From an uncultured Thermotogae bacterium (GTDB lineage: Bacteria > Bipolaricaulota > Bipolaricaulia > UBA7950 > UBA9294): a DNA stretch of 64,000 bases. Where the stretch lies: positions 830 through 64,829 of the forward strand of contig CAZLER010000008.1 of assembly GCA_964558595.1 (NCBI GenBank), read 5' to 3'. Made by a program: the position numbers and the translations under genes. Shown piece by piece: positions 50,278 through 60,400 of the stretch (positions are counted from its first letter, which is position 1; every line of letters begins with the position of its first letter). The notes beneath the pieces were generated by a model that ran no database searches, was not told where the DNA came from, and saw nothing but the letters and a program-made list of their open reading frames with translations.

Positions 50278-51225
50278 ATGTCCGTGTCCGACTCGATGGA
50301 ACATCTTCCGGTGCTTCGAGACGCCGTCGTCGACCGGTTGGCCCTGCAGCCGGGAGCGGTGATCGTCGACGGAACGGTCGGGCCGGGCGGTCACGCCGAG
50401 GCCCTGCTGCGTGCCGAGCCGAGGATCCGCTTGATGGGCATCGACCGGGATCGAACCGCCATCGAACGGGCGAAGCGGCGCCTGGAGCGGTACGGACCGC
50501 GAGTGACCTTGGTGCAAGGCGCCTACGAACGGCTCGACCGAATTCTCGACACGGCCCGGATTGGCGTGATCGATGGCCTGCTGTTGGACTTGGGCATCTC
50601 TACGCTGCAGCTCGATGATGTCCGCCGCGGGTTCAGCTTCCGGAGGGACGGACCGCTCGACATGCGGATGAATCGGGAGACCGGAGAACCGGCTTCCGCC
50701 TGGCTGGCCACCGCCTCGGCGGCGGAGATCGCCGACGTGTTGAGGAGGTACGGTGAGGAGCGGTATGCGCGCCGGATCGCGCAGGCGATCGTAGAGAGCC
50801 GACACCGTGAGCCGATCGTCACCACCGGACAACTGGCGACGATCGTCCGTGCCGCGGTGCCCGCGGCGTATCGGCGGCAGAGGATCGACCCGGCCACCCG
50901 CAGCTTCCAGGCGATCCGGATCCTGGTCAACGACGAATTACGATCGCTGGAATCCGGACTGCACGTCGGCTTCGATCGACTACGGGCCGGCGGTGTAATG
51001 GTGGTGATCAGCTTCCATTCGCTCGAGGATCGGATTGTCAAGCGGTTCTTCGCACAGCGCGCGGCGTCCTGTATCTGCCCTCCGGACCTGCCGGAGTGCC
51101 TCTGCGGCAAGGAGATCGAGGCGGAGATCCTCACCAAGCATCCGGTGACTGCGAGCCCCGCCGAGGTCGAGGGGAACCCCCGCGCACGCAGCGCGAAGCT
51201 TCGCGCTGCCCGGAAGGTCGTGTAG
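50278..51225 (+). CDS. rsmH: 16S rRNA (cytosine1402-N4)-methyltransferase RsmH (MraW)
   Basis: ORF trimmed to ATG 50278; HLPVL and VDGTVGPGGH motifs. Confidence 0.9.
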   Translation: MSVSDSMEHLPVLRDAVVDRLALQPGAVIVDGTVGPGGHAEALLRAEPRIRLMGIDRDRTAIERAKRRLERYGPRVTLVQGAYERLDRILDTARIGVIDGLLLDLGISTLQLDDVRRGFSFRRDGPLDMRMNRETGEPASAWLATASAAEIADVLRRYGEERYARRIAQAIVESRHREPIVTTGQLATIVRAAVPAAYRRQRIDPATRSFQAIRILVNDELRSLESGLHVGFDRLRAGGVMVVISFHSLEDRIVKRFFAQRAASCICPPDLPECLCGKEIEAEILTKHPVTASPAEVEGNPRARSAKLRAARKVV

Positions 51226-51289
51226 TTCGCGCCGGGAGTCGACACATGTCCGTTCCGAGGCGGCCGACCTCCCGTACGCTCGGTCTGTC

Positions 51290-51646
51290 ATGGCGTATCG
51301 AGCGGGGTCGAGGTCACTTGTTCCGGCGTCGAGTCGAGCCCGGCACAGGTCTCACATCCAGGCGGTGTCGGTCGGAATGGCCCTGTTCCTCCTCGCATCC
51401 GTCCTGCTTGCCGGCCTCTGTTTCCTCCACCTTTGGCAGACGACCCGGATCCATGAGTTGACCGCCGCGACCCAGCAAGCGAACGATCAGCTTGCGGGCA
51501 TCGAGGGGGTCAATCGGGTGCTGGAGGCGCGCATCGAGGAAGCGTTTTCCCTGACGCGGATCGCTCGGATCGCGCGCGACCGACTCGGCATGGTCGAACC
51601 GAAGGTGGAGCACTATGTCCCCCTGGATGCGAACGGATCCGACTGA
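51290..51646 (+). CDS. ftsL: Cell division protein FtsL-like (septum formation initiator family)
   Basis: Position after rsmH; single TM (ALFLLASVLLAGLCFL) followed by a coiled coil. Start uncertain. Confidence 0.55.
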   Translation: MAYRAGSRSLVPASSRARHRSHIQAVSVGMALFLLASVLLAGLCFLHLWQTTRIHELTAATQQANDQLAGIEGVNRVLEARIEEAFSLTRIARIARDRLGMVEPKVEHYVPLDANGSD

Positions 51647-53306
51647 CCGGGCGGTACGGCGGCGAGGCCGGATCGCGGCGGCCCTGCTGCTCATCGGCTT
51701 GCTCCTTGTCATCGGACGGTTGTTCCAGCTTCAGATCGTGCAGCACGGCTCATGGGCGGCGGAGGCGTCGGCGATCCAGGAACGCACGATCGAGCTGCCG
51801 CCGCGTCGGGGGACGATCTTCGATCGTGACGGCGAACTGCTGGCCTTCGACATCGAGGCGATGGCGGTGGCGGTGGACGGGATGCATGCCACCGAACCCG
51901 AGGCACTGGCCGCGATTCTCAGCGACGAGCTGGGGCTTCCGCTGTCGGAGACCCGGCGGCTGGTCCGGCGGGAGAGCTACTTCACGTGGGTCGACCGCCG
52001 AGTCGACCTCGACACGGCGCAACAGATCCAACGGCGCGCCCGCGAGGCGGGCGCGTACGGTCTGGTGTTGATCGAGACGTGGAAGCGCTGCTATCCGGAA
52101 GGCGCACTGGCATCGAATCTCCTTGGCTTCGTGGGCACCGACAGCCAAGGGCTCGAGGGGCTCGAGCTTGCGTTCGACGAGCAGCTCCGTGGCGAGCCGC
52201 GGGTGCTCCATGTTCTGCAGGGGGCTGACGGCCGCACCTATGACGTCGAGGTCATCGAGCCGGGGCGCTCCGGCGACGATCTCCAGTTGACCCTCGATGC
52301 CGAAATCCAGTTCCTCTGCGAAGAAGAGGTCTCTGCAGGGGTGTCGCGACATCGCGCGGAGGGAGGGATGATCGTCGTTCTCGATGCGGCGTCGGGGGCG
52401 GTGGTGGCGATGGCCCAGGACAAGACCTACGACCTGAACCGCTTCTCGTCATCGTCCGCCGAGCAGCGCCGCAATCTGGCGGTGACGCACCAGTTCGAGC
52501 CGGGATCGAGCTTCAAGGTGTTCACCGGATTGGCAGCGCTCGACGCAGGCGTGGTGTCGGTGAGCGACCGATTCAACGGGAACGACGGCATTGCGGTTTC
52601 CGGTCACGTCATGCACAACGCCGACCATATCTCCTACGGCATGGTAACGTTCGGCGAGATCATCGAGGACTCGATCAACACCGGCATGATCCGGGTGGCG
52701 CAGACGCTCGGGGAGGAGCGTCTGCACCGGATGCTGGAGGCGCTCGGGTTCGGCCGTCCCACCGGGATCGAGCTGCCGGGCGAGGTCAACGGGATCCTCC
52801 GGGACGTCGAGAGATGGTCGGGGCTGGCGCTGGCCTCGACCTCGATCGGGCAGTCGGTCGCGGTCACGGGTGTCCAGCTGGCGCGAGCGATCGCCGCCGT
52901 GGCCAATGGGGGGACGCTGGTCGCGCCCCACCTGGTCGCCAAAGCGTCGACATCGCTGACGCCGGAGATTGCCTCCTCGGCGGCCTGTACGGCGATGCGG
53001 GAGTTGATGGTGCGCGTCGTGGAGAGCGGGACGGGAATCCTGGCAGCGATCGAGGGATACCGAATCGGCGGCAAGACGGGGACGGCGCAGAAGGCCGTGC
53101 CGGGCCGCGGCTATGTCGCCGGGAAGTACACGTCGCTGTTTGCCGGATTGCTGTCGGGGGACGATCCTCGGTACGTGGTCCTCGTCGTCCTCGACGAAGT
53201 GAAGGCGGGGTCGGTGGGCGGCGGCTCGACGGCGGCGCCGATCTTCCGCGAGGCCGCCGAGCGGATTATCCATCAAGAAGGGATCCTGCCGTCCGGCATG
53301 CGGTGA
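51615..53306 (+). CDS. ftsI: Peptidoglycan D,D-transpeptidase FtsI / class B PBP
   Basis: PBP dimer domain plus transpeptidase with SSFK (SxxK), SxN-like and KTG(T) motifs. Confidence 0.85.
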   Translation: MSPWMRTDPTDRAVRRRGRIAAALLLIGLLLVIGRLFQLQIVQHGSWAAEASAIQERTIELPPRRGTIFDRDGELLAFDIEAMAVAVDGMHATEPEALAAILSDELGLPLSETRRLVRRESYFTWVDRRVDLDTAQQIQRRAREAGAYGLVLIETWKRCYPEGALASNLLGFVGTDSQGLEGLELAFDEQLRGEPRVLHVLQGADGRTYDVEVIEPGRSGDDLQLTLDAEIQFLCEEEVSAGVSRHRAEGGMIVVLDAASGAVVAMAQDKTYDLNRFSSSSAEQRRNLAVTHQFEPGSSFKVFTGLAALDAGVVSVSDRFNGNDGIAVSGHVMHNADHISYGMVTFGEIIEDSINTGMIRVAQTLGEERLHRMLEALGFGRPTGIELPGEVNGILRDVERWSGLALASTSIGQSVAVTGVQLARAIAAVANGGTLVAPHLVAKASTSLTPEIASSAACTAMRELMVRVVESGTGILAAIEGYRIGGKTGTAQKAVPGRGYVAGKYTSLFAGLLSGDDPRYVVLVVLDEVKAGSVGGGSTAAPIFREAAERIIHQEGILPSGMR

Positions 53307-53310
53307 CCGT

Positions 53311-55155
53311 CTACCGGCGAAGGTGGATCGCCAGCATCGACAGGTCGGCTTGCGACACGCCGGGGACGCGGCACGCCTGTCCGAACGAGCGAGGACGTAC
53401 GCGTCCCAGCAGGTGGCGCCCCTCGACCGACAGACTGGTAAGCTCCTCGTAGCGAAGCCCCTCGGGGATGTCGAGATCGTCCATCCGCTGCAGGCGCGCG
53501 ATCTCGCGAGCATGCTGCGCGAGATAGCCAGCATACTTGCCAGCGGTCTCCACTTCGGCGAGGACCTCGGGGGGGAGGCCGTCGCCCGTTCGGAGATCGT
53601 CCAACCGGACGTGGGGACGCCGTAGTAGGTCGAACAGGGTGGCGCCGTTGTGCAGCAGCGGCGAGCTCCCGCGCGCGACGAGGGCCCGGTTGACGGGGTC
53701 GGATGGACCCACTCGCGTTGCCTTCAGCTCCCGTAGGATCCGTTCGATCTGACGCCGCTTTCGTTCGACGCACGCGGCTTGGTCGTCGGTGAGCAGCCCC
53801 AACGCGTGGCCTAGACCGGCGAGCCGCAGGTCGGCGTTGCCCTCGCGCAGCGAGATGCGGTATTCCGCCCGCGACGGGAGCATCCGATACGGCTCGGTGA
53901 TCCCCTTGGTGACGAGGTCGTCGATCAACACGCCGAGGAACGCATTGCCTCGCGACACGATGATCGGCGGTTCGCCGCGACGGGATCGCGCGGCGTTGAT
54001 CCCGGCCAGCAGGCCCTGGGCGGCGGCCTCTTCGTAGCCGGTGGTGCCGTTGATCTGGCCGGCAAAGTAGAGCTCGTCGATGCGGTCGGAGGCCAACGAA
54101 CCGCGAAGGTGGATCGGATCGATGTAGTCGTACTCGATGTTGTACCCGTAGCGCACGATGTGGGCGCGTTCGAGCCCCTCGATGCTATGGACGATCCGCT
54201 CTTGCACCTCCGGTGCCATTGCGGTGTAGATCCCCTGCAGATAGACCTCCGCATTGTCGCGTCCCTCGGGCTCGAGGAACACCTTGTGGCTGGCCCGATC
54301 GGGGAACTTGACGATCTTCGTCTCCAGGGAGGGGCAGTGCCGGGGGCCTTCGCCGTGCAGCAATCCCGCATAGATGGCGCTGCGATCCAGGTTGTCGCGG
54401 ATGATGGCGTGGGTATCGGGATTGGTGTGGGTGACGAATACCGGATGGTCGTCGGGAAGACAAGACGGCTCGTTCCAGAAGGAGAACGCCAGCGGCTCAT
54501 CGCTGGTCGTCTGACGCTCCAGCCGGGTGGCGTCGATCGTCCGACGATGGACGCGCGGTGGCGTCCCCGTCTTGAGCCGCTGAAGGACGAACCCGAGGTC
54601 CTCCAGCGACGCCGCCAGCGCCGTGGCGGACGGCTCGCCGGCCCGCCCTGCGTCGTACGCGGCCTCTCCCATGAGGACGCGTCCGCGGAGGAACGTCCCG
54701 GTGGCGACGATCACCGCGCCGGCCGCCAGTTCCAACCCTTCGCGGAGCGTCACCCCGGCGATCGCCCGGCCGCGCACCATCAGACGCTCCACCATCCCCT
54801 CGATGAGGTCGAGCCCTTCTTGACCTTCGAGGAGGCGCTTCCAGGTCTGCTTGTACACCAGCCGATCGGCCTGCGCCCGGCGCACCTGCATCGCCACACC
54901 CTTGCTCGTGTTCAGCCGCCGCATGTGAATGGCCGAAGCATCCGCGATCTTGGCCATCGCACCGCCCAGGGCGTCGATCTCGCGGACCAGCTGGGATTTC
55001 CCCGGTCCGCCGATCGCAGGGTTGCAGGGCATCTTGCCGATCTCGTTGAGATGGATGCCGATCAGGGCCGTGGACGCCCCCAGGCGCGCGGCAGCGTACG
55101 CGGCCTCGCACCCGGCGTGGCCGGCTCCGACGACGATGACGTCATAGCGCTTCAT
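53311..55155 (-). CDS. mnmG: tRNA uridine 5-carboxymethylaminomethyl modification enzyme MnmG (GidA)
   Basis: N-terminal FAD motif YDVIVVGAGHAGCEAA; 614 aa. Confidence 0.9.
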   Translation of the reverse strand: MKRYDVIVVGAGHAGCEAAYAAARLGASTALIGIHLNEIGKMPCNPAIGGPGKSQLVREIDALGGAMAKIADASAIHMRRLNTSKGVAMQVRRAQADRLVYKQTWKRLLEGQEGLDLIEGMVERLMVRGRAIAGVTLREGLELAAGAVIVATGTFLRGRVLMGEAAYDAGRAGEPSATALAASLEDLGFVLQRLKTGTPPRVHRRTIDATRLERQTTSDEPLAFSFWNEPSCLPDDHPVFVTHTNPDTHAIIRDNLDRSAIYAGLLHGEGPRHCPSLETKIVKFPDRASHKVFLEPEGRDNAEVYLQGIYTAMAPEVQERIVHSIEGLERAHIVRYGYNIEYDYIDPIHLRGSLASDRIDELYFAGQINGTTGYEEAAAQGLLAGINAARSRRGEPPIIVSRGNAFLGVLIDDLVTKGITEPYRMLPSRAEYRISLREGNADLRLAGLGHALGLLTDDQAACVERKRRQIERILRELKATRVGPSDPVNRALVARGSSPLLHNGATLFDLLRRPHVRLDDLRTGDGLPPEVLAEVETAGKYAGYLAQHAREIARLQRMDDLDIPEGLRYEELTSLSVEGRHLLGRVRPRSFGQACRVPGVSQADLSMLAIHLRR

Positions 55156-55182
55156 GGACGGATCGACGGGCGGCGCCCTTCG

Positions 55183-55932
55183 CTATTCCTTCTCCGTGCC
55201 CTTCAGCCAATTGAACAGTTCGATCGGCACCGGGAACACGATGGTCGAGGCGTTCTCCGCCGAGATGTCGTTCAGCGTCTGCAGGTAGCGTAGCTGCAAC
55301 GCCGAGGGATTGCGCTCGATGATCGCTGCGGCTTCGCCCAGCTTGGTCGCCGCCTGCTGCTCCCCCTCCGCGTTGATGATCTTGGCGCGCCGGTCGCGCT
55401 CTGCCTCGGCCTGTCTCGCGATCGCCCGCTGCATGTCGGCGGGGAGCTTAACGTCCTTGATCTCCATGGTCTTGACCTTGATCCCCCAAGGATCGGTCTG
55501 TTCGTCGACGATTTGCTGCAGACGCATGTTGATCGTGTCGCGCTCGCCGAGCACCTGATCGAGCTCGAATCCGCCCAACACGCTCCGTAGCGTTGTCATG
55601 GCGATCTGCCGCGTCGCCTCGATGTAGTTCTCGACTTCGACCACCGCAGCATTGGGATCGAGGACGCGGAAGAAGAGGACCCCGTTGACCATCGTAGATA
55701 CGTTGTCTTTGGTGATCACCTCCTGCGGGGGAACATCGAGGGCGATGGTCCGCAGACTCACCTTCACCATTTTGTCGATGAACGGGATGATCAGGAAGAT
55801 CCCGGGCCCCTTGGCGCCGACGAGACGTCCGAGGCGGAAGATGACCCCGCGCTCGTATTCCCGGACGATTTTGATGGCGTTAGCGACGAACAGCAGTACA
55901 AAGACGACGATCGCGCCGATGGCTGTATACAT
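55183..55932 (-). CDS. SPFH/band-7 (stomatin-like) membrane protein
   Basis: ORF trimmed to Met 55932 (SD AAGGAGG). N-terminal TM, PHB domain, C-terminal coiled coil. Confidence 0.8.
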   Translation of the reverse strand: MYTAIGAIVVFVLLFVANAIKIVREYERGVIFRLGRLVGAKGPGIFLIIPFIDKMVKVSLRTIALDVPPQEVITKDNVSTMVNGVLFFRVLDPNAAVVEVENYIEATRQIAMTTLRSVLGGFELDQVLGERDTINMRLQQIVDEQTDPWGIKVKTMEIKDVKLPADMQRAIARQAEAERDRRAKIINAEGEQQAATKLGEAAAIIERNPSALQLRYLQTLNDISAENASTIVFPVPIELFNWLKGTEKE

Positions 55933-55987
55933 GGCCTGTTGCCTCCTTATGCGGGCTCGCTTTGGCCCGATCCGGATGGTAGATCGG

Positions 55988-56030
55988 TGTTCGCAACCTG
56001 TCAATCGTTCGCGACACCCGAGCGGTTCGC
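55988..56030 (+). repeat. Three direct repeats of GTTCGC spaced 18-19 bp in the SPFH/tpiA divergent intergenic region
   Basis: GTTCGC at 55988-55993, 56007-56012 and 56025-56030; the last abuts the -10 TATACT. Confidence 0.4.
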
Positions 56031-56036
56031 TATACT
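56008..56036 (+). promoter_or_regulatory. Candidate tpiA promoter TTCGCG-17-TATACT
   Basis: TATACT at 56031-56036, preceded by GTTCGC as in the rpsB promoter; ATG at 56069 with GAGGAG SD. Confidence 0.4.
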
Positions 56037-56068
56037 CTGCGAAATACCCGTGCAGAGGAGTGGAACGG

Positions 56069-56827
56069 ATGGAACGCCGTTGTCTGGTCGCCGGGAATTG
56101 GAAGATGCACAAGACGCCCGAGGAGACTCGGGCGTTCATCGATGCGTTGCTGCCCCAGGTCGGAAGCTCACCACACGCGGATCTGTTGTTGATTCCACCG
56201 TACACCAGCCTGGAATCGGCCGGTCGCCGACTCGCCGGGACGCCGGTCGAGCTGGGGGCGCAGGACGTCTTCTATGAGATGTCGGGCGCGTTTACCGGAT
56301 CGGTCTCCGCGCCGATGCTCGTCGGTTGCGGCTGCCGCTACGTGCTGGTCGGCCACTCCGAGCGGCGCCACGTCTTCGGGGACGACGACACCACGGTGGC
56401 GCGCAAGCTGCGGGCGGCGTTGGCCGGCGGACTGGATCCGATCCTGTGCGTCGGTGAGACGATCGAGCAGCGACGCGCCGATCGCACCCAGCAGATCGTT
56501 CACGGCCAGCTGGACAGCGCCCTGAGCGGACTCGCTCCGGCCGAGATGGGGCGGACGACCGTCGCCTACGAGCCCGTATGGGCGATCGGCACCGGGGAGA
56601 CCGCCACCCCCGCGCAGGCCCAGGAGGCGATCGCGGAGATCCGGGGCTGGCTCTCCGACGCGTTCGATGGCGCGATGGCCGGGCGCACGCGCATCCTGTA
56701 CGGCGGAAGCGTCAAACCGGACAACGCGGCGGAACTGCTGGGACGGCCGGACATCGATGGCGCCCTGGTCGGTGGCGCGTCGCTCGATCCGGATGCCTTG
56801 GCCGCGATCGCTGACGCGGCGGCATGA
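56069..56827 (+). CDS. tpiA: Triosephosphate isomerase
   Basis: ORF trimmed to ATG 56069; [16 protein letters not shown] and GGS motifs. Confidence 0.9.
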   Translation: MERRCLVAGNWKMHKTPEETRAFIDALLPQVGSSPHADLLLIPPYTSLESAGRRLAGTPVELGAQDVFYEMSGAFTGSVSAPMLVGCGCRYVLVGHSERRHVFGDDDTTVARKLRAALAGGLDPILCVGETIEQRRADRTQQIVHGQLDSALSGLAPAEMGRTTVAYEPVWAIGTGETATPAQAQEAIAEIRGWLSDAFDGAMAGRTRILYGGSVKPDNAAELLGRPDIDGALVGGASLDPDALAAIADAAA

Positions 56828-57372
56828 ACACCCTGCGCACGATCCCCAACCAGATCACCGTCGCACGGATCGCGTTCGTGCCGCTGTTGATGTTCCTCAT
56901 CCTGTTCGAGTCCGACGTGACCCGATGGCTTGCCATGGTGCTGTTCTTCCTCGCTGCCGTCTCCGATGTGGTGGACGGGTACATCGCCCGCAGCCTCGAT
57001 CAGATTTCGATGTTCGGCAAGTTCGCCGATCCGATCGCCGACAAGCTCCTGATCGCGGGGGCGCTGATCGCCCTGCTGCAGTTGGGGGAGCTGGGGGCGT
57101 GGGCGGTCATGGTGATCATCGCCCGCGAGTTCCTGGTCACCGGATTGCGGATCCTGGCGATCTCCGAGGGGGAAGCGATCGGTGCCAGCGCCCTGGGAAA
57201 GGCCAAGACGATCTCCCACGTCGCGTTGGTGCTGGCGGTGCTGGCCGATCACACGTTGGCCCTCGGACGAGGCGGAGAGATCGGCAAGAGCGTCTGTCTC
57301 GGGCTGGCGCTGGCGCTGTCCGTGCTCTCCGGCATCGACTACTTCTATCGATCTCGCCGGCTGTTCGCGTAG
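56824..57372 (+). CDS. pgsA: CDP-diacylglycerol--glycerol-3-phosphate 3-phosphatidyltransferase
   Basis: CDP-alcohol phosphatidyltransferase motif DxxDGxxAR...G...D...D (DVVDGYIARSL...GKFADPIADK). ATGA overlap with tpiA. Confidence 0.85.
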   Translation: MNTLRTIPNQITVARIAFVPLLMFLILFESDVTRWLAMVLFFLAAVSDVVDGYIARSLDQISMFGKFADPIADKLLIAGALIALLQLGELGAWAVMVIIAREFLVTGLRILAISEGEAIGASALGKAKTISHVALVLAVLADHTLALGRGGEIGKSVCLGLALALSVLSGIDYFYRSRRLFA

Positions 57373-57465
57373 GTCGTGTGTCGGTCGGCGGCGTGACCAA
57401 GACGTGCTCTGCGTCGAACACGCAGGCGAGGATCGGCCGGTCGGCCAGCGGATACTGAGAGGGCC

Positions 57466-60400
57466 ATGAAGCGGTTCATCTCCCTGTGCGGCCTTGTCGT
57501 CGCGTGCCTCCTGGTGGTGGAGTGCACGGTTGGCGCGGCCGATCCATCCTTCGAACTGACCACGGCTTCGTCGGCGGTAGCGCGCGGCGGGGTGGCGGAG
57601 CTGCAGTTGCTCGTGCGCAACGAGGCGGCGGCACCGCTGCAGGGATGTACCGCCTTGCTGCCCCTGTGCGTCGGGTTCGACCAATGGCGCAGCGAACTGC
57701 GTATCGACGGCGGAGGGTGGGAACCGTACCCGGCCAACGGGATGATCCCGCTGGGAACGCTCCCCGCCGCGACCACGCGCACTCTCGATGTACGCGCGTT
57801 CGTCGAGTCCGGTGCTCCTGCGGTGCTGGAGATCGCCGGAGAGCTGTTCGATTCGACCGGGAGGCTCGCCGAAGCCTCGACAACGGTGAACGTCTTGCCC
57901 TCGGTCGACGCCGGTGCCGACCTCATGGTGGACCGGGGATGGCCGGTGGAGATGACGGGAGCGTCCGCATCCGACGGGGATGGGACGATCGCATCATGGA
58001 CGTGGACCGATCACGGCGCCGGTGGAGCGTTCACCGATCCGTCGGCGGCGCATCCGACGTACACGTCGCCGGAACGCAGCGGGTTGGTCGAGTTGACGTT
58101 GACGGTGACCGACGCCGACGGCGGGGCGGCGAGTGATTCCCTCAGGGTACGGGTCAACGTGCCACCGAGCGTCGAGGCCGGTCCCGACGGCTCGGTCGTC
58201 GAAGGCGGTCATTGGGAGTTCGCCGCTGCGACCGTGCAGGATGAGGACGGGTGGATCGTGTCGATTGCGTGGAACGATGGCGGGGCGGGGGGGCGGTTCG
58301 AACCGTCCTCCACCGTCCTGCACCCCACCTACATCGCTCCCGAGGTGCCAGCGGGGGGCGACCGGGACGTGCGCCTGACGGTCTCCGCCGTTGACGACGC
58401 CGGTGCCGAGGGCCTCGACACCGCGACGATCCGGGTCCACGATGTCAACGTGCCGCCGACCGTCGACGTGGGGCCTGACCGATCGGTCGAGGAGGGAGGG
58501 AGGTTGTGGCTATGCGACCGGGCCATCGTCGGCGACGAAGACGGGCGGATCGTGGCGTACGCGTGGAGTGACGGCGGGGCCGGGGGAGGGTTCGAACCGT
58601 CGGCGTCGGTTGCCTGTCCATCGTATCTCGCCCCGCGGCTCGACGGCTGTGACGATGAGGAGATCGAGCTTGCGTTACGGGTCCTTGATGACGGCGGCGA
58701 GGAAGCGGTCGACACCGTCGTCGTGCGCATCGTCAACGTCAACCATCCCCCCCGGGTCGAGGTCGCCGGGAACCTGCATGCGGTCGAGGGGCAGTCGATC
58801 ACGCTGGCGGCAACCGCGAGCGACGAGGATGGCGATCGGCTGGAGGTCTTGTGGGAACAAACCGGCGGGCCGCCGGCGGCGATCGCTTCCGACGACGGGT
58901 CCGCGGCGGTTCGCTTCCCCGCTCCGGAGGTCGACGTTCCGCAGGTTCTCGGGTTTCGCGTCACGGCCACCGATCCGTGCGGGGCGTACGATACGGCGTC
59001 GGTGACGATCGAGGTGTCGCCGAAGGAGGAGCCCCGGCCGCGGACCCCGCTTCCCTCTCAGCTCCTTGTCGAGATCGAGGCGTTCGACAGCGATGGGATG
59101 CCGTTGCTGCCGTTCGACACCGTCGAGCGAGGGCGGCACGTCGCCCTGCGGATGACGGTGACCAACGGTGGCGAGACGACGATCGAGGAGATCGTGGTCA
59201 TGGATGAGGAGGAAGGCGAGATCGCATGGGGCGCCGTGCAACTCGACCCGGGGCAGCGGCGGGTGCACGAGGTGGACCGGCAGGTGGGCGGCACGGACCG
59301 GTCGACCTGGCGTTTGGTGGCCCGTGGGATCGATCCCCACGGGGACCAAGTGACTGCGTGGGACGAGTTCACCCTCTATGTGGAGGACGATTCCCCAACG
59401 CTCGAACTCCTGCTGGACGCCGAGCCGGAACAGGTGACCGTGGGGGAGACGGTCCGGCTGCGCTACACCCTGCGCAATCTGGGATCGGCGAGGCTCAGCG
59501 GAATCACCCTTCGCGACGACCGCATCGGTCGGATTCCGCTGTCGGCAGCGGAGCTGGCGCCGGGCGCGTCCTGCTCCGTCGACGCGGAGATTCCGCTGAC
59601 GGGGGAGCCGGCCGGGGGGGTCCTGCTCGCGGCGTCGGCATCCGGCTACACTGCGCGAGGGAAACGTATCGAAGTGCGGGGAACGGTGCAGATCGTCGTG
59701 AGCGCCTCCGTGGCCGGTGGGGGAGGCGAAGCGTCGTCGTGGACCGAACCGACGCTCAGGATCAGCGAGATCGCCTGGGCCGGAACCCCGAGCGATCCAG
59801 AGGGAGAGTGGATCGAACTGGTGAACATCGGCCCGAGTCCGGTGGATCTCGAAGGATGGAAGCTGACATGGCGGGACGCCACGAGCGGAGACGAGCCGAG
59901 CGATGGATGCATCCTCGAGCTGCGCGGGCGGGTCGAACCGGCCGGCGAGCTGGATCGAGACGGCGGGTTCCGGTTCGTCCCGACCGGCCACGGCGTCTGG
60001 AGCGTGGTCGACCGGCGGTGGACCGGGGGGCGCGATCGTGGCTCGAGCGGGTTCTTCCTGCTCGAGCGGGGCTCCGATGCGGTCGTCGCGGACCTCCCAG
60101 CGGACCTGGTCTATGACCGGCATCTCGAGCTGCCCGATGCCGGTGCAGCGGTGACCTTGCTCGATCCGGCGGGACATGTCGTCGACTCCGCCAACGCCAC
60201 CCGGTCCCCGATCACCGGATGGCCTGCCGGCCGACAGGTCTCGACGGCGACGATGGAGCGGATTGATCCGCGGGAAGGGGACCATCCCGAGAATTGGCAG
60301 ACGAATCCGGGGGTGACGGTCCGCGGGCGCGACGTGGGGGGTCGGAACGTCACCGGAACACCCGGCGGACCGAACGCGCCGTGTCTCGCCACGTTGACGC

